A stretch of 64,000 bases of DNA from Gloeobacterales cyanobacterium (GTDB lineage Bacteria; Cyanobacteriota; Cyanobacteriia; Gloeobacterales; PMM-0068): assembly GCA_038245785.1 (NCBI GenBank), contig JBBRSB010000017.1, positions 10,942 to 74,941 of the forward strand, given 5' to 3'. The translations under genes were made by a program, and so were the position numbers. Below the pieces are notes generated by a model. The model searched no databases, was not told the origin of the DNA, and saw only the letters and a list, made by a program, of their open reading frames with translations. Shown piece by piece: positions 35,851-44,862 of this stretch. Positions within the stretch are counted from its first letter, which is position 1. Each line of letters starts with the position of its first letter.

Positions 35851-37092
35851 TTGAATCTTGAGGAGTGTCCATTGAGCAGTCAGACGTGGTTGAGGTATTG
35901 GCTGGTTGGTGTCTGTATTTCCGCCTTGGGATTCAGCGTCAGCCCTGTACATGCAGAGCGTTTGGATTTGAAGCAAGCCGTGGGGCGAGCTTTAGAAAAA
36001 GCGCCTGCGCTGCAAGTCAATCAGGCTCAGCTGCGCGTACGCAAGGGGGAGCAACGCAGTTCTCAGGTTTATCCCTATCAACCGACTTTGGATATCAATA
36101 CAGGACTGAGGCGCTTGGATGGCGAAGATATTACCCGAGCAGACCTGGGACTGGGCATTTCCTATGAGATAGAAACGGGAAGTCAGCAACAGGCTCGTCA
36201 GGCCCGTGCCAATGCTGGCTTAGAAGCAGGAACACAACGCTTGGCGGTGGGGAGAGCGCAGGTGGTGCGGGATGCCGCTACGGCCTACACCAAGCTCTGG
36301 GCCGCAGAACAATCCTTAGCGCTAGCCCAAAAACGCACTGAGATTGCCCAAAAAATTCTTCAAGCCCAGCAAGAACAATTTAAAGTCGGTAAAGTCAGCC
36401 AGATTCCCGTAAATCTGGCCCAAATCGAGCGGCAACGCGCTGAGGCAGAACGAACCTCGCGGACGGCGGAGATTAGTCGCTCCCAGCAACTTTTGAAAGC
36501 GGCGATTGGAGATTTGAAGGCAGAAGTAATCGAAACTACAGACCTGCCTGCACTTCCTGCTGTTTCTGTAGATCCGAATAAGAAAGTTCCTGCCCTACTC
36601 AGCGCCGAAGCGGAAGTTAATCAAGCCCAGGCAGAACTGCTGTTGGCTAGAGGTCGCACTAGTCCGAATATCACGCCAACGCTTAGCTACCGTCGAGAAG
36701 GGTTAGACAACGTTTTCTTTGCGGGCGTTTCCTTTCCGCTCACTTCGGTCAACTTCAACCAGGGAGCCTTAGATACAGCCCAAGCGCAGATTGAACAAGC
36801 CCAAGCCCAAGTGCAAGTGGTGAACAATAGTATCGTCAGCCAAGCTCAGGAAGCACAGATTAATCTGCAAGCAGCCCAAAAAGCAACGGAGACTTACCAG
36901 GCTTTGAGTGCAACCAGTGAGCAAAACTTCAATCTGGTGCAAGAGGGTTTCCGCTTTGGCAAGGTTAGCCTTTTTGAATTATTGCTGGCCCAACGGGACA
37001 ATCTTGATATTCAAAATGCCCTGATCCAAAGTCGTGCCGATGCCTACCTTGCCTATATCAATTTGCGTAATGCTCAGGGAGAAGACTTATGA
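35851..37092 (+). CDS. TolC/CzcC-family outer membrane efflux protein
   Basis: Signal sequence and two TolC-type repeats. It is the first gene of the HME-RND operon. The start codon is uncertain. Confidence 0.85.
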   Translation: MNLEECPLSSQTWLRYWLVGVCISALGFSVSPVHAERLDLKQAVGRALEKAPALQVNQAQLRVRKGEQRSSQVYPYQPTLDINTGLRRLDGEDITRADLGLGISYEIETGSQQQARQARANAGLEAGTQRLAVGRAQVVRDAATAYTKLWAAEQSLALAQKRTEIAQKILQAQQEQFKVGKVSQIPVNLAQIERQRAEAERTSRTAEISRSQQLLKAAIGDLKAEVIETTDLPALPAVSVDPNKKVPALLSAEAEVNQAQAELLLARGRTSPNITPTLSYRREGLDNVFFAGVSFPLTSVNFNQGALDTAQAQIEQAQAQVQVVNNSIVSQAQEAQINLQAAQKATETYQALSATSEQNFNLVQEGFRFGKVSLFELLLAQRDNLDIQNALIQSRADAYLAYINLRNAQGEDL

Positions 37093-38336
37093 AACGAATT
37101 TTTGTCCCTTTGGCTCTTACTCTGCTGCTAGTCAGTTGCGGCCAATCCAAAGACTCGATGAAAGCGGAGAATCCTTCTGAGGCGGGTAAGACTCCAGAAG
37201 CTGCTGCCGCTGCTACTGCTAAGCCGAAAGGTAGGGTTACCTTAACGGAACAGATGAAGAAAAACGCCAATATCCATGTAGAACCTGTCATCCGCCAACC
37301 GCTTAGCCAATCCGCCACCTACAGCGCGGTGATCCAACCGTCAGAAACCAGATCTGGAGCCGTTTCTCCCTTGGTCGGAGGAGTCGTCACCCAGATGCTG
37401 GCCGATATTGGAGATCCGGTCCGCAAAGGTCAACCCGTTGCCCTGATCAACACGACCGAAATAGGCAAGTACCAAGAACAGATTCTTTCCGCTCAGTCAC
37501 AAGTGCAAGCCGCTCAGTCAGCGCTTAAACTCGCTCAAGGCCGTCGGGAATTGGTACGTCAAGAAGTCAAGCGCGAAACCTATTTGGTCCAAAAAGGGAT
37601 TAGTGCCCTGCAAGACCAGCAGCAGGCTCAGGGCAAGCTATCCCTCGCTGAAGTCGATGTCAGTAATGCCCAGGCGCAAGTGCGTCAGGCTAGAGTCACT
37701 GAACAGTCTGCCAAAAGTCAATTGCAAGCCTTGGGGTTCTCGGTAGGGTCTAGCATTTCGTCAACTCTGACCTTAAGAAGTCCAATCAGTGGCGTAGTCG
37801 TCACCCGCAATATTCAACCGGGTCAAGTCGTCAATCCGGGCCAGAGCTTATTTACGATTGCAGACCTTAGAGAAGTGTGGGTTGTGCTCCAAGTCCCTCA
37901 AGCCCAGGCCAGTGCTTTGCCTGATGGCACGCTTATCACTTTCACGACCGAAGCCGCTCCAGGCAAAGTATTTCGAGGTCGAATCACTGGACGGGCTCAA
38001 GATTTTGACCCCCAGACGCGCAACATTGGTATCCGAGCGACGGTCGTCAGTTCTAATCAACTTCTCAAGCCAGGTTTAGCGGTCCTTGCTAAGGCTGAAA
38101 CGAAAGGCACCCCTGCTCTAACTATCCCGACCAGTGCGCTGCAAGAAGTAGAGAAGAAAGATGTGGTCTTTGTCCAAAAAGGCGATCTCTATCAGCTCAA
38201 AAATGTAACCGTAGGTCAGCGTACGCCTCAACGGGTCGAAATCACCCAGGGATTACAGGCGGGGGAACAGGTGGTGATAGACGGTTCCTTTGTCTTGAAA
38301 TCAGAACTCCTCAAATCTAGTCTGGGAGGCGAATAG
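37089..38336 (+). CDS. efflux RND periplasmic adaptor subunit (CzcB-like)
   Basis: Lipobox LLVSCG, coiled-coil region and LRSPISGVVVTRN. An ATGA overlap links it to the upstream gene. Confidence 0.9.
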   Translation: MKRIFVPLALTLLLVSCGQSKDSMKAENPSEAGKTPEAAAAATAKPKGRVTLTEQMKKNANIHVEPVIRQPLSQSATYSAVIQPSETRSGAVSPLVGGVVTQMLADIGDPVRKGQPVALINTTEIGKYQEQILSAQSQVQAAQSALKLAQGRRELVRQEVKRETYLVQKGISALQDQQQAQGKLSLAEVDVSNAQAQVRQARVTEQSAKSQLQALGFSVGSSISSTLTLRSPISGVVVTRNIQPGQVVNPGQSLFTIADLREVWVVLQVPQAQASALPDGTLITFTTEAAPGKVFRGRITGRAQDFDPQTRNIGIRATVVSSNQLLKPGLAVLAKAETKGTPALTIPTSALQEVEKKDVVFVQKGDLYQLKNVTVGQRTPQRVEITQGLQAGEQVVIDGSFVLKSELLKSSLGGE

Positions 38337-38338
38337 GA

Positions 38339-41300
38339 ATGAAGGTTGCTCCTAAATCAGTGGTTCGGCCTGTAGACGCTGTACGTCCTGAAACAACATA
38401 TAAAGGTGTTGAAAAATGGGTCTCAGGAGCGCTGCGGCAGCGCGTATTGGTCGTGGTTGCCCTGGTCCTGGCCGCTGGGATAGGGGCCTATACGTTTTTT
38501 CAGCTACGCATTGATGCCGTACCAGATATCTCCAATATCCAAGTTACGGTAACGGCCAATGCACGGGGAATGGCTCCTCAGGAATCGGAGCAATACATTA
38601 CCTATCCGATTGAGAATGCACTCCAGGGGATGCCCCGATTGGTGGAGCTGCGTTCGATTTCCAAATACGCCCTGTCGCAAGTGACGGCTGTCTTTGAAGA
38701 TGGGACCGATATCTACTGGGCGAGACAACAGGTTTCTGAGCGCCTGGCTAAAGCTCGAGACCAGATGCCTAAGACAGGGGTTTCTGTTGACCTGGGGCCA
38801 ATTGCGACGGGTTTAGGAGAAATCTATCAATTTGAAGTGCGCGGACCGGGCTACTCTCTGGCAGAGCTGCGGGATATCCTCGACTGGCAGATTAAGCCTG
38901 TCCTCAAATCCTCTGCTGGCGTGGAAGAAGTCCAGTCTATGGGTGGCCAACCCAAGGAGTATCAAGTCCAGATAGATCCGGACAAGTTGCGCAGTTACGG
39001 CTTGACGCTCCATCAGGTGATGACTTCCCTGGAAATGAACAATGCTAACTCTGGGGGCGGCTATACCGTCGTCAATGGCAACCAGATTCTGCTGAGAGCG
39101 GAGGGGTTACTGAAAACTCCGGAAGATATCGGTTCTGTCGTGATCTCAGGCCATGATTCAGCTTCTGGTCCAGAACCAATGGCTGGACGAAGGAATGACC
39201 CAAACATCAGTTCCCAAGTAACCAGTCACGGTGGCGTTATTCGCGTTCAAGATATTGGTTCTGTCGTTATCGGCAAGAAGCTTTCTCAGAGTGTCGTTAC
39301 CCAGAACGGTCAGGGTGAAACCACGATTGGCATCGTCGTCATGCGCAAGGGCGAGAACTCTGAACAGGTCGTCCGAGGGGTTAAGGAAAAGCTCGCAGAA
39401 CTCGCTCCTAGTTTGCCCAAAGGCGTGAAGATTGTTCCTTTCTATGACCGTTCTGTTCTGATTGACAAAACGATTGAAACGGTCTGGCACAACTTGGTAG
39501 AAGGGGCGATTCTCGTCGTTCTAGTCCTCTTACTGCTTCTGGGCAATCTCCGAGGTGGGATTATCGCGGCTTCTGCTATTCCACTGGCGATGATGGGTGC
39601 GGTTGGTTTCCTCGTTTTGACCAATACTTCAGGAAATTTACTTTCTCTGGGAGCGATTGACTTCGGGATTTTGATCGATGGTTCGGTCGTCATGGTGGAG
39701 AATATTCTGCGCCGTTTGGCCGAAGAAAAACCGGAGCCAGAAGACCGCCTAGCGGTGGTTCAAGAGGCGGCGACGGAAGTAGCCCGTCCGATTCTGTTTG
39801 CGGTTGGCATCATCATCGTTGTTTACCTGCCGATTCTCTTTCTCACCGGAGTGGCGGGTAAAACCTTCCAGCCGATGGCGCTTACGGTCGTTTTTGGTCT
39901 GATCACGGCATTGTTTATTGCGCTGTTCATCACGCCTGTCATGGCGTACTTCTTGATTCGCAAAGCCCCAGAGGAGAAAGAGACTTTTATCCTCAGAGCT
40001 GTCCGGCCTGCCTATGAACGAGCCTTGCGATTCTGCACGGGGCATCCTTTGTTGACCGCTTTGGTGGCTTTGGGCGTTTTTGTTATTAGCCTCTTGCCCA
40101 TCCCCTTCTTAGGCTCAGAATTTATCCCTAACTTAAAAGAAGGGTCTTTAGTGCTCACGGTCAATCGCCCGATCTCCGTATCTCTTGCAGAATCGGCCAA
40201 ACAGACTACGCTCATGGAAAAAGTGGTACGTGAATTTCCGGAAGTGGAGTCTGCCGTGGCGCGAACAGGTCACTCTGAAGAGGCCTTTGACCCAATGGGA
40301 CCCGATGAAACAGACTTTTTCATCATGCTCAAACCTCAGTCTGAATGGAAGAATGCTAAGACGCAGCAGGAACTGGAAGACCTCCTCAGTAAGCGTTTGG
40401 CTGAAACCGTACCCGGAGCCGCTATCGCTTTTGGTCAGCCGATTGAGCAACGGATGAATGAGTTGATTGCTGGAGCAAAGGGAGATGTGGCAGTTCGTGT
40501 CTTTGGACCGGATTTAAAGGTCCTCGCAGAGGTGGGCAATAAGGTCAGTAGGGTCTTGTCTAAAGTTCAAGGGAGCAGCGACCTGAAAGTCAGTCAGGTA
40601 GAAGGCTTGCCTGTGGTCACGACCCGTCTCAATCGCCCCGCTTTGAGTGCCTATGGCGTGGATGCTCAGGAAGTTTTGGATACTATTTCTTCTGCCGTCG
40701 CTGGCAACGTAGTCGGTACGATCTATCAAGGTAAGCCCCGCTATGACCTGAGTGTGCGCTTTGCACCCCAGAGTGTGACCCAGCTTGATGACTTGAAAAA
40801 ACTCCCAGTTAGTACGCGCTCTGGGCAAACCATTCCTTTGAGCCAGGTGGCAACGGTAACGCTAGAAGATGCTCCAGCCGAGATCGCTCACCAGTCGGGA
40901 GACCGGAATCTTCTGGTACAGCTCAACGTGGCCAATCGTGACCTGGGCGGATATATAACGGAAGCGCAAAAAGTAGTAAATGAACAAGTGCAGCTGCCTG
41001 CTGGTTATCGTTTGCAATGGGGCGGACAGTTTAAAAACCTCCAGGAAGCGCAAGCCCGTCTCTTTGTTCTAGTCCCTGTGGCCCTCCTCCTGATTTTCAC
41101 TCTGTTGTATGCCACCTATGGCAGTTTCCGTCCAGGGCTTCTAATCTTCCTCAACATTCCGCTGGCGCTGTCCGGTGGTTTGATTGCCCTTGCCCTTCGG
41201 GGAATGCCTTTATCGGTTACTGCAGGAGTCGGTTTTATCGCGCTCTTTGGTGTAGCCGTTCTCAACGGTGTGGTCTTGGTTTCTACGATTCGCAAGTATG

Positions 41301-41581
41301 AGCAAGAAGAGGGCCTGACGCCAGCACAAGCAGCCTACAAGGGAGCTAGTCTCAGATTGCGTCCTGTCCTGATGACGGCACTGGTCGCTTCTCTGGGCTT
41401 TCTGCCGATGGCCGTAGCTACCAGCCTTGGAGCAGAAGTCCAGCGTCCTTTAGCCACGGTAGTTATCGGTGGATTGATCACCGCTACAGCGTTGACACTG
41501 CTGGTTCTGCCTACTTTGTACCCGGTCATCTGCGGTAGAGATGGTTTTAGGACTCTCTTTTCCAAGCGTGAGCAAGCGTAA
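38339..41581 (+). CDS. czcA: CusA/CzcA family heavy-metal efflux RND permease
   Basis: IDAVPDISNIQVTVT, ITYPIENALQGMP.LVELRSISKYALSQVTAVFEDGTDIYWARQQVSERL and GAIDFGILIDGSVVMVENI are hallmark CzcA/CusA motifs. Confidence 0.95.
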   Translation: MKVAPKSVVRPVDAVRPETTYKGVEKWVSGALRQRVLVVVALVLAAGIGAYTFFQLRIDAVPDISNIQVTVTANARGMAPQESEQYITYPIENALQGMPRLVELRSISKYALSQVTAVFEDGTDIYWARQQVSERLAKARDQMPKTGVSVDLGPIATGLGEIYQFEVRGPGYSLAELRDILDWQIKPVLKSSAGVEEVQSMGGQPKEYQVQIDPDKLRSYGLTLHQVMTSLEMNNANSGGGYTVVNGNQILLRAEGLLKTPEDIGSVVISGHDSASGPEPMAGRRNDPNISSQVTSHGGVIRVQDIGSVVIGKKLSQSVVTQNGQGETTIGIVVMRKGENSEQVVRGVKEKLAELAPSLPKGVKIVPFYDRSVLIDKTIETVWHNLVEGAILVVLVLLLLLGNLRGGIIAASAIPLAMMGAVGFLVLTNTSGNLLSLGAIDFGILIDGSVVMVENILRRLAEEKPEPEDRLAVVQEAATEVARPILFAVGIIIVVYLPILFLTGVAGKTFQPMALTVVFGLITALFIALFITPVMAYFLIRKAPEEKETFILRAVRPAYERALRFCTGHPLLTALVALGVFVISLLPIPFLGSEFIPNLKEGSLVLTVNRPISVSLAESAKQTTLMEKVVREFPEVESAVARTGHSEEAFDPMGPDETDFFIMLKPQSEWKNAKTQQELEDLLSKRLAETVPGAAIAFGQPIEQRMNELIAGAKGDVAVRVFGPDLKVLAEVGNKVSRVLSKVQGSSDLKVSQVEGLPVVTTRLNRPALSAYGVDAQEVLDTISSAVAGNVVGTIYQGKPRYDLSVRFAPQSVTQLDDLKKLPVSTRSGQTIPLSQVATVTLEDAPAEIAHQSGDRNLLVQLNVANRDLGGYITEAQKVVNEQVQLPAGYRLQWGGQFKNLQEAQARLFVLVPVALLLIFTLLYATYGSFRPGLLIFLNIPLALSGGLIALALRGMPLSVTAGVGFIALFGVAVLNGVVLVSTIRKYEQEEGLTPAQAAYKGASLRLRPVLMTALVASLGFLPMAVATSLGAEVQRPLATVVIGGLITATALTLLVLPTLYPVICGRDGFRTLFSKREQA
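39122..39196 (+). repeat. czcA-internal segment duplicated at 590-664
   Basis: See 590-664. It encodes EDIGSVVISGHDSASGPEPMAGRRN. Confidence 0.85.
39248..39271 (+). repeat. 24-nt internal direct repeat within czcA
   Basis: CAAGATATTGGTTCTGTCGTTATC versus 39122-39145 GAAGATATCGGTTCTGTCGTGATC: 21/24 identical, exactly 126 nt apart. Both encode DIGSVVI. Confidence 0.8.
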
Positions 41582-41598
41582 AAAATCTCAGAAAAGTT

Positions 41599-42381
41599 TT
41601 GGAGTTTGCTATGCCGATTATTACCCTCCTCAGTGATTACGGAATTGATAACAGTACAGTCGGTCTGCTCAAAGGGGTCATTCTTTCTGGGGCTCTTCAG
41701 ACGATTTTGGTTGACCTGACCCATCAATTGCCCTCCCAAGACCTGATGACGGCTCAATTTGAGTTGGGCAGGGCCTATCGGTCATTTCCAAAAGGTACCG
41801 TTCACTTGGCCGTTGTAGACCCTGGAATTTCTAGCAAAGCGCGACCGGTCGCTTTTCAGGCAGGAGACTACTTTTTTGTTGGACCGGATAATGGCCTGTT
41901 TGAGACGGTTTTACGCCAGGAAGTTGTTTACAAAGCTGTTGTTCTAGAACCATCGCCCCGTCCAGAGACATTGGGCGTATTCCACGGGCGAGACTGTTAT
42001 GCTCCGGCTGCTGCTCATCTAAGTCTGGGAAAATCGTTGCAAGATCTTGGTCAGTTTATAGATTCTCTATCTCTAAAACGTCTAGAAAAATATGCGCCGC
42101 AGCAGGAATCTGGCCATCTCGTGGGCTGGGTACAGCGGGTAGACCCTTTTGGCAATCTGATTACCAATGTCCCCAATGCTTGGGTTTTGGTCGAAGAGCA
42201 CTGGCGGATCCGCCTTGCAGGGCATACCCTGCTCTTTGATCCCGGCAAGATTTACCCTGAAAGTAGATTGCAGGTTCGCTTAGGAAGTATGGGGTTTATG
42301 GAAATTGCCTTTGAGGGAGAATCCGCATCCGACCATCTCAAGGCTGGGACTGGGTGCAAAGTCGAATGCTTCAAAGCATGA
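41599..42381 (+). CDS. SAM hydrolase / SAM-dependent halogenase family protein (DUF62)
   Basis: ITLLSDYGIDNSTVGLLKGVI N-terminus, VVDPGI and VDPFGNLITN. The likely start is ATG 41611 after GGAG. Confidence 0.85.
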   Translation: MEFAMPIITLLSDYGIDNSTVGLLKGVILSGALQTILVDLTHQLPSQDLMTAQFELGRAYRSFPKGTVHLAVVDPGISSKARPVAFQAGDYFFVGPDNGLFETVLRQEVVYKAVVLEPSPRPETLGVFHGRDCYAPAAAHLSLGKSLQDLGQFIDSLSLKRLEKYAPQQESGHLVGWVQRVDPFGNLITNVPNAWVLVEEHWRIRLAGHTLLFDPGKIYPESRLQVRLGSMGFMEIAFEGESASDHLKAGTGCKVECFKA

Positions 42382-42542
42382 CCTAAGGCCCGAAGCTTTA
42401 GGCATATAGGCTCAGCCAGTGCCTGAAAGGAGGCTGTAGCCTGTATATAAGAACTTTTGCATTGTTGACCACGGCGCAGTGCTTTTAATTTATAACTAAA
42501 TAACGATATAGTAGTAGAAGGACAGGGATTTGGAGGTCGAAG

Positions 42543-43250
42543 ATGAACACGCTACTGTTTCGCCAATTGTTCGATGCTGAATCCAGTACCTACACGTATC
42601 TGATTGCAGATATACCGACCAAGTCAGCCATTCTTGTAGACCCTGTGCTAGAGCAAGTAGACCGGGACCTGAAGCTGCTTCAGGAACTGGGTCTTACCCT
42701 GCGCTACTGTCTAGAAACCCATGTTCATGCTGACCATATCACGGGAACGGCTCGGCTACGCGAGGCCACGGGCTGTAAAGGGATTGTCCCTGAGCATGCC
42801 CATAATGACTGTGCTGACCGCTTCATCCGAGATGCAGAGAAGTTAGTGCTTGGGCAAATCACGATTGAAGCGATAGCCACTCCAGGACATACCGATAGTC
42901 ATATGGCCTATCTCCTTAATGGTGACCGAGTATTAACGGGAGATGCCCTGCTCATCAGAGGCTGTGGTCGTACAGATTTTCAAAGTGGCGATGCCGGAAC
43001 GTTGTTTGACTCCGTAACCAAGAAACTGTTCACCTTGCCCGATGACACGCTAGTCTATCCGGCTCATGACTATCGAGGCCATACGGTTTCTACCATCGGC
43101 GAAGAAAAGCAGTGGAACGCTCGATTTGCCGGTCGTGACCGCCCTGATTTCATCGAGTTTATGACGCATCTCGTCTTGCCACAGCCCAAAAAAATTATGG
43201 AAGCGGTTCCTGCCAATGAGCACTGCGGGAATGTTCCAGTCTCTAAATGA
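42543..43250 (+). CDS. MBL-fold metallo-hydrolase, ETHE1/persulfide dioxygenase-like
   Basis: HVHADHITG (HxHxDH), TPGHTDSH and RGCGRTDFQ.GD are typical of ETHE1/Blh-type enzymes. Confidence 0.85.
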   Translation: MNTLLFRQLFDAESSTYTYLIADIPTKSAILVDPVLEQVDRDLKLLQELGLTLRYCLETHVHADHITGTARLREATGCKGIVPEHAHNDCADRFIRDAEKLVLGQITIEAIATPGHTDSHMAYLLNGDRVLTGDALLIRGCGRTDFQSGDAGTLFDSVTKKLFTLPDDTLVYPAHDYRGHTVSTIGEEKQWNARFAGRDRPDFIEFMTHLVLPQPKKIMEAVPANEHCGNVPVSK

Positions 43251-43296
43251 TCCATTTCCAAAATCAACGGTTAATCAGAAGAGGTAGAAAGCAAAA

Positions 43297-43509
43297 ATGA
43301 ACATTCTCCAGGAGCAAAGAGTCCATGAAGTTGATGCCCCAACTCTAAAACAGTGGCTAGAGCAACAAGCAGTTGTGCTCTTGGATGTACGAGAAGCAGC
43401 TGAACATGCCAGAGAGAAGATTCCAGGAGCTATCCATAGCGCTTTGTCCGCCTTCAATCCAGCGCAGTTGCCGCAAGACCGAAAAGTGGTGTCGGTTAAC
43501 TCCTTTTGA
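43297..43509 (+). CDS. rhodanese-like domain protein, apparently truncated before the catalytic Cys loop
   Basis: LLDVREAAEHAREKIPGAIH is the rhodanese N-half. The ORF stops at RKVVSVNSF, where the CxxGxR loop would be expected. Confidence 0.55.
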   Translation: MNILQEQRVHEVDAPTLKQWLEQQAVVLLDVREAAEHAREKIPGAIHSALSAFNPAQLPQDRKVVSVNSF

Positions 43510-43515
43510 GGGGAA

Positions 43516-44310
43516 ATGATGACTTCGCTCTGGTTTATTGGCCATGTCCTAGCTACATTTATTGGCCTGAGTTTGGGACTAATTGGCGGAGGTGGATCAA
43601 TTCTCGCTTTGCCAATCTTGGTCTATGTCATGGGAGTCCCCCTCAAACCAGCGGTGGCGATGACGCTTATGATTGTGGGGACTGTTAGCTTGCTGGGGAT
43701 GATTCCTCACTGGCGAGCTGGTAATGTCAACCTCAAAAAAGCTGCTCTGTTTGGCCCTGCGACTATGGTTGGTGCTTTTTTGGGAGCCCGGCTAGCTGGC
43801 CTGGTTACGGATACGTTCCAGATGCTGTTATTTGCGGCGGTGATGCTCATCGCTGCCGCTCTGATGCTCCGTGACAAAAAAGCGCTCGTACCAACAGGAA
43901 CTTTAGAAGAGGGCGTCTATGTTGAACCTGTGTGCAAGTACTGCTGGCTATGGCTACTAACGGAAGGGGTCGCGGTTGGTGTCCTGACTGGATTGGTTGG
44001 GGTCGGAGGTGGTTTTGCCGTGGTTCCGGCCCTGGTCCTTTTGGGAAATACCTCAATGAAAGAAGCGATTGGTACTTCGCTGTTAATTATTGCCCTGACC
44101 TCTATTACAGGTTTTCTGGGCTATCTCGGTCGTGTGGACTTGAACTGGGGACTGATGGGCTCATTTATCGTGGCTGCAAGTCTCGGGACCGTAGGCGGTG
44201 CTTATCTATCTCAGTTTGTCCGAGCGAGTCAACTGCGCAAGGGTTTCGCCTTCTTTCTGCTGGCGATGGGAGCCTTTATCCTATTCCAAAACCGAACTAT
44301 ATTTTTGTAA
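43516..44310 (+). CDS. TauE/SafE (TSUP) family sulfite/anion exporter
   Basis: Two repeated halves with GGGGSILALPILV and GVGGGFAVVPALVL. Confidence 0.9.
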   Translation: MMTSLWFIGHVLATFIGLSLGLIGGGGSILALPILVYVMGVPLKPAVAMTLMIVGTVSLLGMIPHWRAGNVNLKKAALFGPATMVGAFLGARLAGLVTDTFQMLLFAAVMLIAAALMLRDKKALVPTGTLEEGVYVEPVCKYCWLWLLTEGVAVGVLTGLVGVGGGFAVVPALVLLGNTSMKEAIGTSLLIIALTSITGFLGYLGRVDLNWGLMGSFIVAASLGTVGGAYLSQFVRASQLRKGFAFFLLAMGAFILFQNRTIFL

Positions 44311-44756
44311 TCAACCTGGGCCGAAAACTACTCATTGAGATAGCAAGATCACAATAAAATTCACAAGATTCGCGCAAAGAAGGTAGCCATTTTTTATTCA
44401 TATCTAAATGACTTAGATGCTTATTTTTCATGAAAGATAGTGATCTGTAATTTCACATAATGCCACTAGCATAGACTGGGACAAGTTATATGATTTTATC
44501 TTGAAGATCTACTGATATGCTGACAATTCGCTTTAATAAAGCTATCTGCGAGATAGTCTGAAATGCTTTCTCCAAAAGCTTTTTGCTTGTTTTAATATAT
44601 GGATTCTATGCATTTTTTTCTTAGCGTAATGCATGCATCTGACCTTCTGAAAAGCATGTTATTCCTGATCTTGCGATTTGAATAATTAAAGAGTTCTGAT
44701 TAAACTCCTCAGTTATTCCTATACAAGTCTGGAAGGTCCGGGATCAATGATAAGGT

Positions 44757-44770
44757 GTATCACGTGATAC
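44757..44770. promoter_or_regulatory. perfect 14-bp palindrome GTATCACGTGATAC, candidate operator
   Basis: It lies about 95 nt upstream of ATG 44863, inside a 550-nt AT-rich leader. Confidence 0.3.
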
Positions 44771-44862
44771 CTGATATTTGTTCATCCTATACCATTCAAT
44801 GGCTATGGGCTGACAAGTGTTGGGTAGTTTCGCTTGTCAATCTAAACGTGAAAGAGTGAAAA

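Noticed and set aside
42382-42402. Hairpin CCTAAGGC-CCGAA-GCTTTAGG after the DUF62 gene as a terminator
   Set aside because: The stem is only 8 bp with a G-U pair and no following T-tract, which is too weak to call an intrinsic terminator.
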